This document shows positions 48,595 to 57,555 of a stretch of DNA of 64,000 bases, piece by piece. A model generated the notes under the pieces. The model ran no database searches. It worked only from the letters and a program-made list of their open reading frames with translations, and was not told the origin of the DNA. Made by a program: the position numbers and the translations under genes. Every line of letters begins with the position of its first letter. The first letter of the stretch is position 1. The DNA comes from a virus (taxonomy: Duplodnaviria > Heunggongvirae > Uroviricota > Caudoviricetes > Straboviridae), in IMG/VR virus record IMGVR_UViG_638275429_000001, positions 87,740 through 151,739 of that record; one strand, given 5' to 3'.

Positions 48595-49746
48595 TTAACG
48601 ATATTTTGCCGGAGTGTACTTGTCATAGTTCTTCACCATATGCTCTTCGATTGCCCCGATCACTTCCTCAGAGTCCCAGTCGCGGGCGTACTGCCGCATG
48701 ACGATAGAAAACAGATACCGGTGATCGCTCAGTTTAGCCTGGGCTTCGATCGCGAAAGACCGTCGGTCTTTACCTTGGAGAGACTGATAAACGCTAAAGC
48801 ACAACTCATGGTATCGAGAAATGGTGCTGATATAGAGTTCTTCAAAGTCTTCGATTTTCGCAATAGAAACCGCATCGTCAGCGAAAAGGCCCCGGAGATC
48901 GTCGGTAGCTCGCTCTTTGATAGATTGAATCAACGCTTTATTGTTATTGATGGAATCTTTGGTGCGGTGAAGCGCAGAATACCAATCGGTTTTTAGCTTA
49001 AAGAGTTGGCCATCGTCCATAATGCCGATAACACCTTCAATATCGGTCTCAGCTCGGACACCTGCTTCCCATTCAGCTGGAGTAATCTTTTCCCAATCAG
49101 GGCTAGGATAAACACCTACCATACGACTACGGGTTGCCGGGTCATTCATGAGAGTGCTGATATTGACGTATTCGCCAGTCTCATTATGACGAACGTTCAG
49201 TACGATGAGCTCTTCATCTTCGTATGGCAGAACAATACGGTTACTCGGGCCAACATATTCCATGTTGAAAGTATAGCCAGGCCCGCTATCAGCAATTCGT
49301 TCGCGCAGTTTTTCATATGCTGGCGAATTCAACAAAGCCATAGCTTTATTCGCTTGATCAGAATGGATAGCTGCTTTGGATTTGAGAAAAATGTAACCCT
49401 GATCGTGATAGCTGCTAATGAGCGAACCATCTGCTTTTTCCATCAATCCGACCATTTTGGTGAGATCAAGATTCATGGTGAAAGGGTTTTCTTTCAAGTT
49501 GAAGAACTTTTGCATTGGGCGAGCCATGATTCGAACAGGCTTGCCTTCTTCGGTAATTTCAAACATGATGCCGCGGGATTCAAGCGCGCCAGGAATCAAC
49601 CAGTCAGAATAAGACGCGATAAAGTAGCTAAAGATTCGTGCTTTAGTTCCCATACTGGTTGTCACATCTTTGAAAAAGAAATTACCTTTCTCAGAAGAAT
49701 TGACAACGTTCATCAGATTGTCGTAAAGTTCAGTAATATTGGTCAT
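48595..49746 (-). CDS. rnlA: RNA ligase 1 / tail fibre attachment catalyst
   Basis: SRGIMFE, RPMQKFFNL, KADGSLIS, EGV and FKLKTDWY motifs. Confidence 0.96.
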   Translation of the reverse strand: MTNITELYDNLMNVVNSSEKGNFFFKDVTTSMGTKARIFSYFIASYSDWLIPGALESRGIMFEITEEGKPVRIMARPMQKFFNLKENPFTMNLDLTKMVGLMEKADGSLISSYHDQGYIFLKSKAAIHSDQANKAMALLNSPAYEKLRERIADSGPGYTFNMEYVGPSNRIVLPYEDEELIVLNVRHNETGEYVNISTLMNDPATRSRMVGVYPSPDWEKITPAEWEAGVRAETDIEGVIGIMDDGQLFKLKTDWYSALHRTKDSINNNKALIQSIKERATDDLRGLFADDAVSIAKIEDFEELYISTISRYHELCFSVYQSLQGKDRRSFAIEAQAKLSDHRYLFSIVMRQYARDWDSEEVIGAIEEHMVKNYDKYTPAKYR

Positions 49747-50159
49747 TTCTTTACCTTTAATTTCGAATTAAGCGGAGGGTCAAATATTTCGATGTATTTT
49801 CGTTCTTCATCGTCTAAGTTGGCGATGACGCTTGACCCAAAAGGAGTTGTTATAACTATCTTGAAGCAATGTTTTATCCAAACAGTTACTGGTACTCCGT
49901 TGCGAACGGCTTCCTCAAGAAGTTCAGATTTTTCGATATGGGACTGATTTGTGTTGTTCCAATATTTCCCATTGGAGTAGGAATCCATACGTTTATGAAG
50001 ATTCTTCGTTTGCCCGATATAAGCTACAGTGTCGCCTACTTTGAATGCGTATATCAAGTGCTTAAAATCGGGGTTCTTTGCAAACGTGCGGTCTATTCGA
50101 TCATTTTCTCCAATAAACAATTGGGCTATTTGTGTAAATCCGTGCTGTTCGAGAGTCAT
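49743..50159 (-). CDS. denA: Endonuclease II (GIY-YIG)
   Basis: LIYAF..VAYIGQTKNLHKRMDSY..EERKYIEIFDPPLN. Confidence 0.9.
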   Translation of the reverse strand: MTLEQHGFTQIAQLFIGENDRIDRTFAKNPDFKHLIYAFKVGDTVAYIGQTKNLHKRMDSYSNGKYWNNTNQSHIEKSELLEEAVRNGVPVTVWIKHCFKIVITTPFGSSVIANLDDEERKYIEIFDPPLNSKLKVKK

Positions 50160-50455
50160 ATAAAATCATCTATGCTTGGCACATCCTTAAACATGCGATT
50201 AACCAGATTGGCGAGAATATCACCGTGACAGGGCAACGGTTTACAACCACAGCCCAGTTTCTTGCCTCTTAGGGATAATAAATCATCCCGGGTTATGGCG
50301 CCGGTCCTGATTTGTTCTTTGAGATGCTTCTTGTAATTATCGAGATAATCTTTTCGGGTCCAATGGGGCTCCCCGTAAGGATTACCCCATATCGTGCCAC
50401 GTTGAATCCTCACATCGCAAGGTTCATGTTTGACATTTACAACCGTACAGATCAT
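50156..50455 (-). CDS. DUF4326-like protein
   Basis: DVRIQRGTIWGNPY..LRGKKLGCGCKPLPCHGDIL. Confidence 0.8.
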   Translation of the reverse strand: MICTVVNVKHEPCDVRIQRGTIWGNPYGEPHWTRKDYLDNYKKHLKEQIRTGAITRDDLLSLRGKKLGCGCKPLPCHGDILANLVNRMFKDVPSIDDFI

Positions 50456-51297
50456 ACGGCCATCGGCATCTTGATTGGCGGGTGAGGATCATATTCCGTC
50501 AGAACGTAGTCGTCAACAGTCATGGTGCGCAATTCAGCCAAATTAGCTACGTCGTAGTAGGCAAGTTTCGGCAGCGGACGTGGATCCCGCCAGAAGATTT
50601 CAACCAAATCATCGACGTGATTCTCGTAAACGTGGACATCTGCACCAGAAAATACAAGTTCGCCGACTTCAAGACCGCATATGCCTGCAATAATGTGAAC
50701 CAAGAGGGCGTAAGAAGCGATATTGAATGGGAGACCCAACCCGACGTCGACGCTTCGTTGGGACCACATAAGACTCAATTTGCCTTCATATACTTCGAAT
50801 TGGAATGCGAAATGGCATGGTGGCAGAGCCATAGCATCGATATCTTCCGGGTTCCAAGCAACAACCAGAAGACGGCGGGAATCTGGATTCGATTTGATTT
50901 GGTCGATAACTTTTTGCAACTGATCGACTGGGTTCTTATTGCCAAACTGACGCCACTGCTTGCCATATACCGGGCCTAAATAACCATCAGAATATCCAAG
51001 ATTGATTGCCTGTTCTTCATAGTTGGCATCCCAAATAGTTCGCTTATCGGAATTCGGCCCATGGGTTATCCTGCGAAGATGGTCGACGTTAGTGGAGCCG
51101 CTGATAAACCACAGCAATTCGCCAACTACCGATTTCCACGCTAGCTGTTTGCACGTCACCGCAGGGAAACCTTTAGACAAATCGAATCGCAGCATTCGGC
51201 CAAATACTGACCGAGTGCCAACACCGGTGCGATCGGTTTTGCGACGGCCATTCGCGATAACATCTTCAACTAAGTCTTTATATTGAATCATTTCCAT
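50452..51297 (-). CDS. td: Thymidylate synthase, no intron
   Basis: DRTGVGTRS, MALPPCH, QRSVDVGLGLPFNIASY and HVYENH in one continuous ORF. Confidence 0.98.
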   Translation of the reverse strand: MEMIQYKDLVEDVIANGRRKTDRTGVGTRSVFGRMLRFDLSKGFPAVTCKQLAWKSVVGELLWFISGSTNVDHLRRITHGPNSDKRTIWDANYEEQAINLGYSDGYLGPVYGKQWRQFGNKNPVDQLQKVIDQIKSNPDSRRLLVVAWNPEDIDAMALPPCHFAFQFEVYEGKLSLMWSQRSVDVGLGLPFNIASYALLVHIIAGICGLEVGELVFSGADVHVYENHVDDLVEIFWRDPRPLPKLAYYDVANLAELRTMTVDDYVLTEYDPHPPIKMPMAV

Positions 51298-51842
51298 ACT
51301 CCTTCGCGGATACTACGGCAGTGCGGCAAATCGACAGAATATCTGTTTGAATTTAGTTGCTTACCACCGAGGTATCGGTTTAACGATTTTTCACTAATGT
51401 AAATTGATGGGTTAATCGTATCATATTCAGCGGTTAGCATCAAAAAGTTTATGTGTATTTCATCACATAGATGCAAGTTATTGATTATCATACCAAGGCC
51501 GCCGATAATCGCGATATCTTGGTCTGGATACAGAGATTCAACAGTACTCATCCAATCATGGTCGTTTATGTTGACGTGCAACGCCGGCAGTTCACCGGAT
51601 TTGTTCCGGCAACTTCGGTTGATATCACCAATGACAACCATTACCCTTCCCGGAAGGTTGAACGGGAGCGACTGGAACGTCTTCGCTCCCATGACGCATA
51701 TGCAACCCATAGTTTTTTCGCGGAAAAGCGTAAAATCTTTTGGGATCTTTTCCCAAGGTAGGTCATTGTCTTTACCAAATGCAAACATTCCATTCATGTG
51801 AAAATCAGACGGGACACCTAAAGCAAATACGGCTTTAATCAT
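51288..51842 (-). CDS. frd: Dihydrofolate reductase
   Basis: FGKDNDLPW, VMGAKTFQSLP..LPGR and IIGG motifs. Start set by GGAGG SD. Confidence 0.93.
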   Translation of the reverse strand: MIKAVFALGVPSDFHMNGMFAFGKDNDLPWEKIPKDFTLFREKTMGCICVMGAKTFQSLPFNLPGRVMVVIGDINRSCRNKSGELPALHVNINDHDWMSTVESLYPDQDIAIIGGLGMIINNLHLCDEIHINFLMLTAEYDTINPSIYISEKSLNRYLGGKQLNSNRYSVDLPHCRSIREGVWK

Positions 51843-52072
51843 TCTGGACCTCCATATTTCACTAATCGATAAAGATCGCTCGCATAAGCCCGGCACGCAT
51901 ACTCGTCGTCGGTTCCATTCAAAAAGCCTTGCTCAATGTTATACCATGAAAGACGCGATATGTCATGCTTTATTGAATGATATGTTTCGTATGTCAACGG
52001 CCAAAAACTGTAATGTTCTTTTAGCTGAGCAAGAGAAAAGGGGCATTCCAGCCCCTTGTTAATTTCCGTCAT
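51839..52072 (-). CDS. Hypothetical protein (77 aa)
   Basis: GAGGA SD; coupled to frd. Confidence 0.65.
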   Translation of the reverse strand: MTEINKGLECPFSLAQLKEHYSFWPLTYETYHSIKHDISRLSWYNIEQGFLNGTDDEYACRAYASDLYRLVKYGGPE

Positions 52073-52073
52073 T

Positions 52074-53180
52074 TTAATCCTCGCATTTGAGCAGGAATTT
52101 GTTGTTGATTGCTTTGAAGTGGACCATACGGCCATCAACCAATTCAACGGATTTATATACAACGCCTTCGGCAATTTTATGCTCGATCGATGGGATATCG
52201 GCGGCAGCGAGCATATCTTTCACATTGGTGAATTCCTGGAACGGGTAGGAGTAGCCGAGTTGAGGGCAAATCTCCATACCAAGGGTTCTGCACAGGTCTT
52301 GGAATTCTTCATCGGTGGCGAAACGTTGTTCGTCGATGAAGAATGCGCGGAAAGCGAAGATGCGATATTTGTCAAAGTTCTCACGGTTCTTCTGGATACC
52401 CGGACCCATCAGTTCGCCCTGGATTGCTACAGACATCCTGAGTTCTTTCAAGCGGTCAACGATTTGGTAGTTTTCAACACCCTTCCACCATTTGCTGTCA
52501 GCATTGTAGCGGAGAACTTGATTGCGTGATGCTACAATGAACTGAGCATCATCATAATCGTGGGCATATGGTTCTTCTTCGGTGCCGAGATCCAGGAAAA
52601 GCTCAGGGTCAGTAACCCACGCCATGGTAATGGAACTTCCGTCCAACTTCAGAGATTTAGCAAACTTGACATCCGCGTATTTCTCTTTGTAGCGATTGAA
52701 GATATTTTGACAGCGTTCTTCATCAGTTTTTGGAATGAAGATCGGGAAGGTACCACCGGGATTACAGCCAGTGCCATCCTGCGGCGGCTCATATTTGATG
52801 ATGTCGAGCATTTGATCGATAGTTTTGTCCATCTCCTGGCCGCCCAGCAGTTCGCCAACAGTGAAAGCACCGGTAGGAAGCGCAATACCTTGACTGATTT
52901 GACCGCGGAGTTTAATGGTTTTGATTCGTGCGCGCATTTTGCCGTCGTAAATCTTTGCGCGGGTTTCCAGGAAACGGAAAGCCGGATGATCAGTAGGCAG
53001 CAGAGAATCGATCTCGAAATAGACACAGTCAGAGCCTACCCGGAATTCGCCTTTCTTTACAACGACTTCCCAGCCGTCAATAGTTGCAACTTCAATTGCA
53101 TCCGCACCAGGGATAGGTTGCAGATCGGCAATTTTGCGCATGGAAGCGAGTTGACGTTCGTCATTAATAATCATAATCAT
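52074..53180 (-). CDS. RNA ligase of the DRB0094 (Rnl5) family
   Basis: N-terminal PIPGADAIE..VYFEIDSLLP..LRGQISQG, then KTDEERCQN, KLDGSS, QGEL, EGVVYK and FKAINNKFL. Confidence 0.88.
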   Translation of the reverse strand: MIMIINDERQLASMRKIADLQPIPGADAIEVATIDGWEVVVKKGEFRVGSDCVYFEIDSLLPTDHPAFRFLETRAKIYDGKMRARIKTIKLRGQISQGIALPTGAFTVGELLGGQEMDKTIDQMLDIIKYEPPQDGTGCNPGGTFPIFIPKTDEERCQNIFNRYKEKYADVKFAKSLKLDGSSITMAWVTDPELFLDLGTEEEPYAHDYDDAQFIVASRNQVLRYNADSKWWKGVENYQIVDRLKELRMSVAIQGELMGPGIQKNRENFDKYRIFAFRAFFIDEQRFATDEEFQDLCRTLGMEICPQLGYSYPFQEFTNVKDMLAAADIPSIEHKIAEGVVYKSVELVDGRMVHFKAINNKFLLKCED

Positions 53181-53184
53181 TTCC

Positions 53185-53343
53185 TTAAACGTAGATAGTG
53201 TCTTTAGCAATAATATCATCGCCGAGATGAATAGCAACTTCATGCTGGTCACGGCGAATTTCAGTTATATCGATCCACACGTTTTCTGATATAAACTTGG
53301 TCACATGTTCCCTGTTTTTATCTAACCATTCATCGTATGTCAT
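53185..53343 (-). CDS. 52-aa protein not in the ORF track, paralogue of the upstream ORF
   Basis: Hand translation MTYDEWLDKNREHVTKFISENVWIDITEIRRDQHEVAIHLGDDIIAKDTIYV; AAGGA SD. Confidence 0.7.
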   Translation of the reverse strand: MTYDEWLDKNREHVTKFISENVWIDITEIRRDQHEVAIHLGDDIIAKDTIYV

Positions 53344-53345
53344 TG

Positions 53346-53585
53346 TTATTCCTTACTGAGGGATATGTAGTCATAACCCGATATTGTTTCGTTGCCAACC
53401 GAAATATGAACTTTGACTTTGATGTCATTAGACGACGTATAATCGGTGTTTTCGAGCTCGACATCAACTTGCATATGTTCAGCGACCCATCGACTCAAAA
53501 ACTCCGCGTTTTGGGCTAACCACGCCTGGTAAGCTTTCGTCTCTTGGGATTCGGATTGATTGCATAATTCTTCTCGCAAAGGCAT
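53346..53585 (-). CDS. Hypothetical protein (79 aa)
   Basis: GGAG SD before ATG 53585. Confidence 0.65.
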   Translation of the reverse strand: MPLREELCNQSESQETKAYQAWLAQNAEFLSRWVAEHMQVDVELENTDYTSSNDIKVKVHISVGNETISGYDYISLSKE

Positions 53586-53628
53586 AATATTCTCCAAATG
53601 AAGGCCGCCGATCAGCGGCCTTTTAAAT

Positions 53629-54018
53629 TTACTCGTAGTCGAATTCGAGGGTAGGGCAGATTTTGGACTTTTTGGCTCGAATGTAATTAATGACGATATT
53701 CTCAGTTTTGATGGTGAATAATTCTTTTTCAGATGCATAGAAGAATCCAAAAAAGACACCGATCACGGCTGCTAATACGCTAACAACTAGTGTAAATCCG
53801 AATAGCGTCGCATATACAAAGTTGGCGTCGTAGTCAAACCAATTCCAAAGTGCCTTGGCGCCGACTCCGTGGAATATGATCGCCAAGAAAGTCGTGATAA
53901 CGCCAATGAAACCGATCGTAAAAACGACTTTCCAGAAGTACGGGCAGAGTGACCGCGGGATACTCATATCCATAGTGTTCAACAGACGATAATGCCAGGA
54001 TTTGGTGCTGATTTTCAT
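53629..54018 (-). CDS. Hypothetical membrane protein with two TM helices (129 aa)
   Basis: AAGGA SD; hydrophobic segments FWKVVFTIGFIGVITTFLAIIF and TLFGFTLVVSVLAAVIGVFFGFF. Confidence 0.75.
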   Translation of the reverse strand: MKISTKSWHYRLLNTMDMSIPRSLCPYFWKVVFTIGFIGVITTFLAIIFHGVGAKALWNWFDYDANFVYATLFGFTLVVSVLAAVIGVFFGFFYASEKELFTIKTENIVINYIRAKKSKICPTLEFDYE

Positions 54019-54263
54019 GATATTTTCCTTATATTCCAAAAATGATGTTGTTGGGAAAATTTAGTGCCATTCACTTCTTCAAATTTTTCTTTGTAATCGA
54101 GTATCCAATCACCAGCCGGCTTAGACTTGATAAGCATGAAAAATGCTTCTTGACCGCCAAGTGCTTCAACCGTTTTGGCACCACGTTCTTCATGTAGGTC
54201 CAAAAGTTCTTTTGGAAGTCCGGAAGCTCGAGTGTTTTCTGGATAATCGAGGATGTTTTTCAT
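54015..54263 (-). CDS. Hypothetical protein (82 aa)
   Basis: GGAG SD; first gene after an early promoter. Confidence 0.65.
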   Translation of the reverse strand: MKNILDYPENTRASGLPKELLDLHEERGAKTVEALGGQEAFFMLIKSKPAGDWILDYKEKFEEVNGTKFSQQHHFWNIRKIS

Positions 54264-54298
54264 TTTATGTGCTCCGTGTTTATCGATTTGATGTGACC

Positions 54299-54370
54299 AT
54301 TCTATACAACCGAACGGCATTGTAAACAGTCTTTTTCAATAAAAACAAAAAGGGAACCCGAAGGTTCCCT
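54299..54370 (-). promoter_or_regulatory. Gene 32 terminator plus early promoter cassette
   Basis: agggaacc-ttcg-ggttccct, the 31-bp shared tract, then GTTTAC-N17-TAGAAT. Confidence 0.85.
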
Positions 54371-54377
54371 TTCTATA

Positions 54378-55265
54378 TTAGCCCAGCAGAGAGTCGAGAT
54401 CGTCGTCCAGATCCGTACCACCAGTTTGTTCAAAAGCATTGGCTGGTGTATCAGATTCGAAGCTGGTCAGTTCAGCATCAAACTCGTTGAGTTCAGCATT
54501 CAGAGAACCGGCAGCACTTGCAGCTTTACCAGCAGCCAGTGAGGTACCCATGATTTGTTTGAACTTCTTCTCGAGGTCGTCGAGAGATTTGAATTCGGAA
54601 GGAGCTACCAGCTTGCTGATATCTTCCATACCAGCGTCCAAGAACTTCTGGAATTCTGGGTCGTTGATTTTCGGAATTTCGCTGCAGCTAAGGAATTTGC
54701 AGTCATCGTAGTTGGTAAAACCACCTACTTTCTTGGTTTTGTAAACGAAGTTTGCACCTTCGAAAACGCATGTCACATCAACAGGAGTTTCGCCCATCTC
54801 TGGATCGACGTTGATCATGGAAGTGATTTTTTCCATAATCTTCATGCCGAATCGCATTTTCATTACCTTACCTTCGTTTTCCGGAGTGGCAGGGTCTTTG
54901 ATAACCAGGATGTTTGCCCAGTAGGAAGTCTTGCGCTTCAGCAGGCTGTACTCTTCTTTGTTGGTGTTGTAGGAATCGTTTCGGCTCAAGTGTTGGCACA
55001 CTGGGCAATTATCAAAATCACCGTGAGTTGAGGAGCAGTTCTCGATATACCACTTGTTGTTTTTCTTGAAGCCGTGGTTAATCAGCTTAACAAAAGGCAG
55101 ACCTTCATCACCTTTACCCGGCAGGAAACGAATAACTGCTTGACCATTGCCGCTTGCATCGGTCTTCAGACGCCATTCATTTTTATCACCGCCAAAACCA
55201 CCTTGATTACCTTTCAGAGCGGCCAGTTGAGCTTGCAGTTGGGATGGGTTGCTACGCTTGAACAT
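54378..55265 (-). CDS. gp32: Single-stranded DNA-binding protein
   Basis: [34 protein letters not shown], acidic tail [10 protein letters not shown]. Confidence 0.98.
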   Translation of the reverse strand: MFKRSNPSQLQAQLAALKGNQGGFGGDKNEWRLKTDASGNGQAVIRFLPGKGDEGLPFVKLINHGFKKNNKWYIENCSSTHGDFDNCPVCQHLSRNDSYNTNKEEYSLLKRKTSYWANILVIKDPATPENEGKVMKMRFGMKIMEKITSMINVDPEMGETPVDVTCVFEGANFVYKTKKVGGFTNYDDCKFLSCSEIPKINDPEFQKFLDAGMEDISKLVAPSEFKSLDDLEKKFKQIMGTSLAAGKAASAAGSLNAELNEFDAELTSFESDTPANAFEQTGGTDLDDDLDSLLG

Positions 55266-55335
55266 ATTTTGATTTCCTTTAATTTATTTGATTTGTTTTC
55301 GATTGAGTTTATATTTTATATCATCTTTGGAACAG
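55266..55335 (-). promoter_or_regulatory. Probable gp32 autogenous translational operator
   Basis: Unstructured A-rich leader ending AAATCAAATAAATTAAAGGAAATCAAAATATG, as for T4 gene 32. Confidence 0.55.
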
Positions 55336-55995
55336 TTAAACTTGATCTTTGAACGCTTTAACATGTTCAATAAACTTCCGTTTAGCTGTGTCTTTATTTA
55401 TGACAACCAATTTTCGATATCCGGATAATTTCGTATGCCAGTTCTGCCATATGATGTCTCCGGACATCATAGCGTCATGTTTGTCTAAAATGCCGAGAAA
55501 TGAATCGATAACTAGGAATGTCTCGATTGATATCATACCAGACTGGAGCAATTTGAATATTGGGCTCGTCATCTTATCAGTATTATATTCCATAATTTTG
55601 CCTAACGGAACATCCAATTTCTCTGCAAAATAAACAATGTTCTTTATATCTTCACGATATATGTTGGGAAAACGTAAATGCCTTCCCAAAAGTTCGCGGT
55701 GGGCTGTCATTGCTTCGTCAGAAACAAGATCTCCTGCCCATCCGCTCGGATTTTCGATGAATGTTGCGAGGTATATCTCCACCATATCTTTAAGGTGAAA
55801 CTTATTGCTCAGCTTTTCAAAAAAGTACTTATCCTTTCGTTTGTTAAACGTGGCATCGGTAACTTTCATGCCCCAGCTGTACTTTATGACGTCGTATTTT
55901 CCGGCCATGTGCTGCTTTATCATCAAATAAAGCATGAATGCACCTTTGGCGCTAATAAATCTGTCTGGTCGCGGGGGATATCGAAGAGCAATCAT
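55336..55995 (-). CDS. gp59: Helicase loader
   Basis: LYLMIKQHMAGKYDVIKYSW and KRKDKYFFEKLS match T4 gp59. Confidence 0.95.
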   Translation of the reverse strand: MIALRYPPRPDRFISAKGAFMLYLMIKQHMAGKYDVIKYSWGMKVTDATFNKRKDKYFFEKLSNKFHLKDMVEIYLATFIENPSGWAGDLVSDEAMTAHRELLGRHLRFPNIYREDIKNIVYFAEKLDVPLGKIMEYNTDKMTSPIFKLLQSGMISIETFLVIDSFLGILDKHDAMMSGDIIWQNWHTKLSGYRKLVVINKDTAKRKFIEHVKAFKDQV

Positions 55996-56003
55996 AATAT
56001 ATC

Positions 56004-56261
56004 TCACATCAAAAAGTCAAGAGTGTTCCTGGTCATTGAACGGACAATCGAGGGACGCAACATATCCGATTCGATGCACTCTTGGGAAAGTTTGTCAATT
56101 AAGGCTCGAGGAATATACTTTTGGCAGTTGCTGATTTCGAGCGAATTTTCTTCGAGCCACTGGATACATGCTTCCATGTATGTGAGGCCCTCTTTAACAA
56201 CGAGGGCTTCGATTTCCAGACCATTTGATGTTTTATCGCTCAAATTGTTTGGATTTGACAT
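56004..56261 (-). CDS. gp33: Late-transcription co-activator
   Basis: NGLEIE..TYMEACIQWLEENS..LIDKL..E..MLRPS..TLDFLM. Confidence 0.93.
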   Translation of the reverse strand: MSNPNNLSDKTSNGLEIEALVVKEGLTYMEACIQWLEENSLEISNCQKYIPRALIDKLSQECIESDMLRPSIVRSMTRNTLDFLM

Positions 56262-56548
56262 TAGTTACCTTTAAAGATTTGGTCATAGGCGGAGGTGACT
56301 TCATCGGCGGCATCTTCGAACTGCTCGCGCTCTTGACGATGGTAAATCCGCAGTAGTTGGTTGAACAGTTTACCTTCAACGCCGCATTCGCGTTTGGCAA
56401 TATCCTTTTGCTCTTTAACCATTTCACCGTATTTTTCCTGCTGAATCTTCAGGTTGGATGCCTCAACAATCAATTGCTGAAGACGGTCACCGTGAACAGA
56501 CGGGTTGAATTCAACTTTTTCTTTCTTTTTCTTTTCTACGTTTTCCAT
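56261..56548 (-). CDS. dsbA: Double-stranded DNA-binding protein
   Basis: KVEFNPSVHG..EAS..K..GVEGKLFNQLLRIYH. Confidence 0.92.
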   Translation of the reverse strand: MENVEKKKKEKVEFNPSVHGDRLQQLIVEASNLKIQQEKYGEMVKEQKDIAKRECGVEGKLFNQLLRIYHRQEREQFEDAADEVTSAYDQIFKGN

Positions 56549-56557
56549 GATATTTCC

Positions 56558-57481
56558 TTAGAATTGATTGACTTTTGTGAGTAGTTTAGTGAGGCGATTT
56601 TTAACGAAGTAACTGTAAAGTTTACCACGTGGATTAACTGTGCAGTTATTATAACTCGTTAGAATTTTTTCAGCAACGTGATCAGGAATTTGAGATAAAT
56701 CAAGCAATTTCACGTTTTCATCCCATCGTTTTTGCCATTCTTCGTTTTCGAGAGCAGCTCGGGGATCTTCGGATTGTACCAAACTTTCGATCCATTTGGC
56801 GGAACATGGGGGTGCTCTTTCGCCTTCAACACGATCGATAACGTAAGTTGATCGACATTTGATACCGGCTACACCGTCCTTGCCATCACCCTTAATGATT
56901 TTGTAGAACAAATCATGCTTGGGGCTTCCGTTTTTCGGCTTAACCGATTTCTTCTGGGCCGGAGAATATTGCTTCACGCCTTTGAATTTGTGCAATTGAG
57001 TGAAGTCCGAGTCAGAAGAAGATATCATAACGCATCGGCCCTGATCCGTAAATAGTTTTGTCAGGATAGCGATGATATCATCCGCTTCGGTTTTACCGAT
57101 CTTTATCATCTTAACACCAGGATAAACGGTCAGCATCTCATCAACAATTTTATTGATGAAGCCGAACAAAGCATCCCAGTCCCATTTGGATTCTTCTTTT
57201 GAAATAGAACGGTTCTTTTTATAGTACCAAGCCAAATCGCGGCGCCAGTATCCATCTTTCGAATCATCAAATGCAATGATTGTTTCTGGATACTCAGCTT
57301 TAAACTTCTTAACGTTGTTTCGCATTGTATCAAAAATGAGATGTCGAAGCATAGCTTCGTTAACCTCATCTGGCTCGAAGTTGGCCATTACTGTTGCAAT
57401 GATAAGTTGCGAGGCATCAATAATGTTTACATCGGGGCCTCCAGTCTTTTCGGCCTCTCCCATGAAACTGTCTAAATTCAT
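56558..57481 (-). CDS. rnh: RNase H / 5'-3' exonuclease
   Basis: IIDASQL, YWRRDLAWYYKKNR, EADDIIA, SSDSDFTQLH and KGDGKDGVA. Confidence 0.96.
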   Translation of the reverse strand: MNLDSFMGEAEKTGGPDVNIIDASQLIIATVMANFEPDEVNEAMLRHLIFDTMRNNVKKFKAEYPETIIAFDDSKDGYWRRDLAWYYKKNRSISKEESKWDWDALFGFINKIVDEMLTVYPGVKMIKIGKTEADDIIAILTKLFTDQGRCVMISSSDSDFTQLHKFKGVKQYSPAQKKSVKPKNGSPKHDLFYKIIKGDGKDGVAGIKCRSTYVIDRVEGERAPPCSAKWIESLVQSEDPRAALENEEWQKRWDENVKLLDLSQIPDHVAEKILTSYNNCTVNPRGKLYSYFVKNRLTKLLTKVNQF

Positions 57482-57555
57482 AACTTGTCCCTCGTTGTTT
57501 TAACGTGGAGCCATTATAATAAATAATTAGTGCCTATGAACAGGAGAGCTTTAAA

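Noticed and set aside
49006-49947. 313-aa plus-strand ORF opposite rnlA/denA
   Set aside because: Antisense shadow of conserved genes. The same reasoning was applied to the other nested ORFs in the track (for example 46920-47555, 52560-53198, 1340-1984).
50452-51297. Possible group I intron in td
   Set aside because: The ORF is continuous and of normal length. No Seg/Mob homing endonuclease was recognised in the window.
55266-55345. Pseudoknot upstream of the gene 32 operator
   Set aside because: Expected from T4, but I could not identify convincing pairings by eye.
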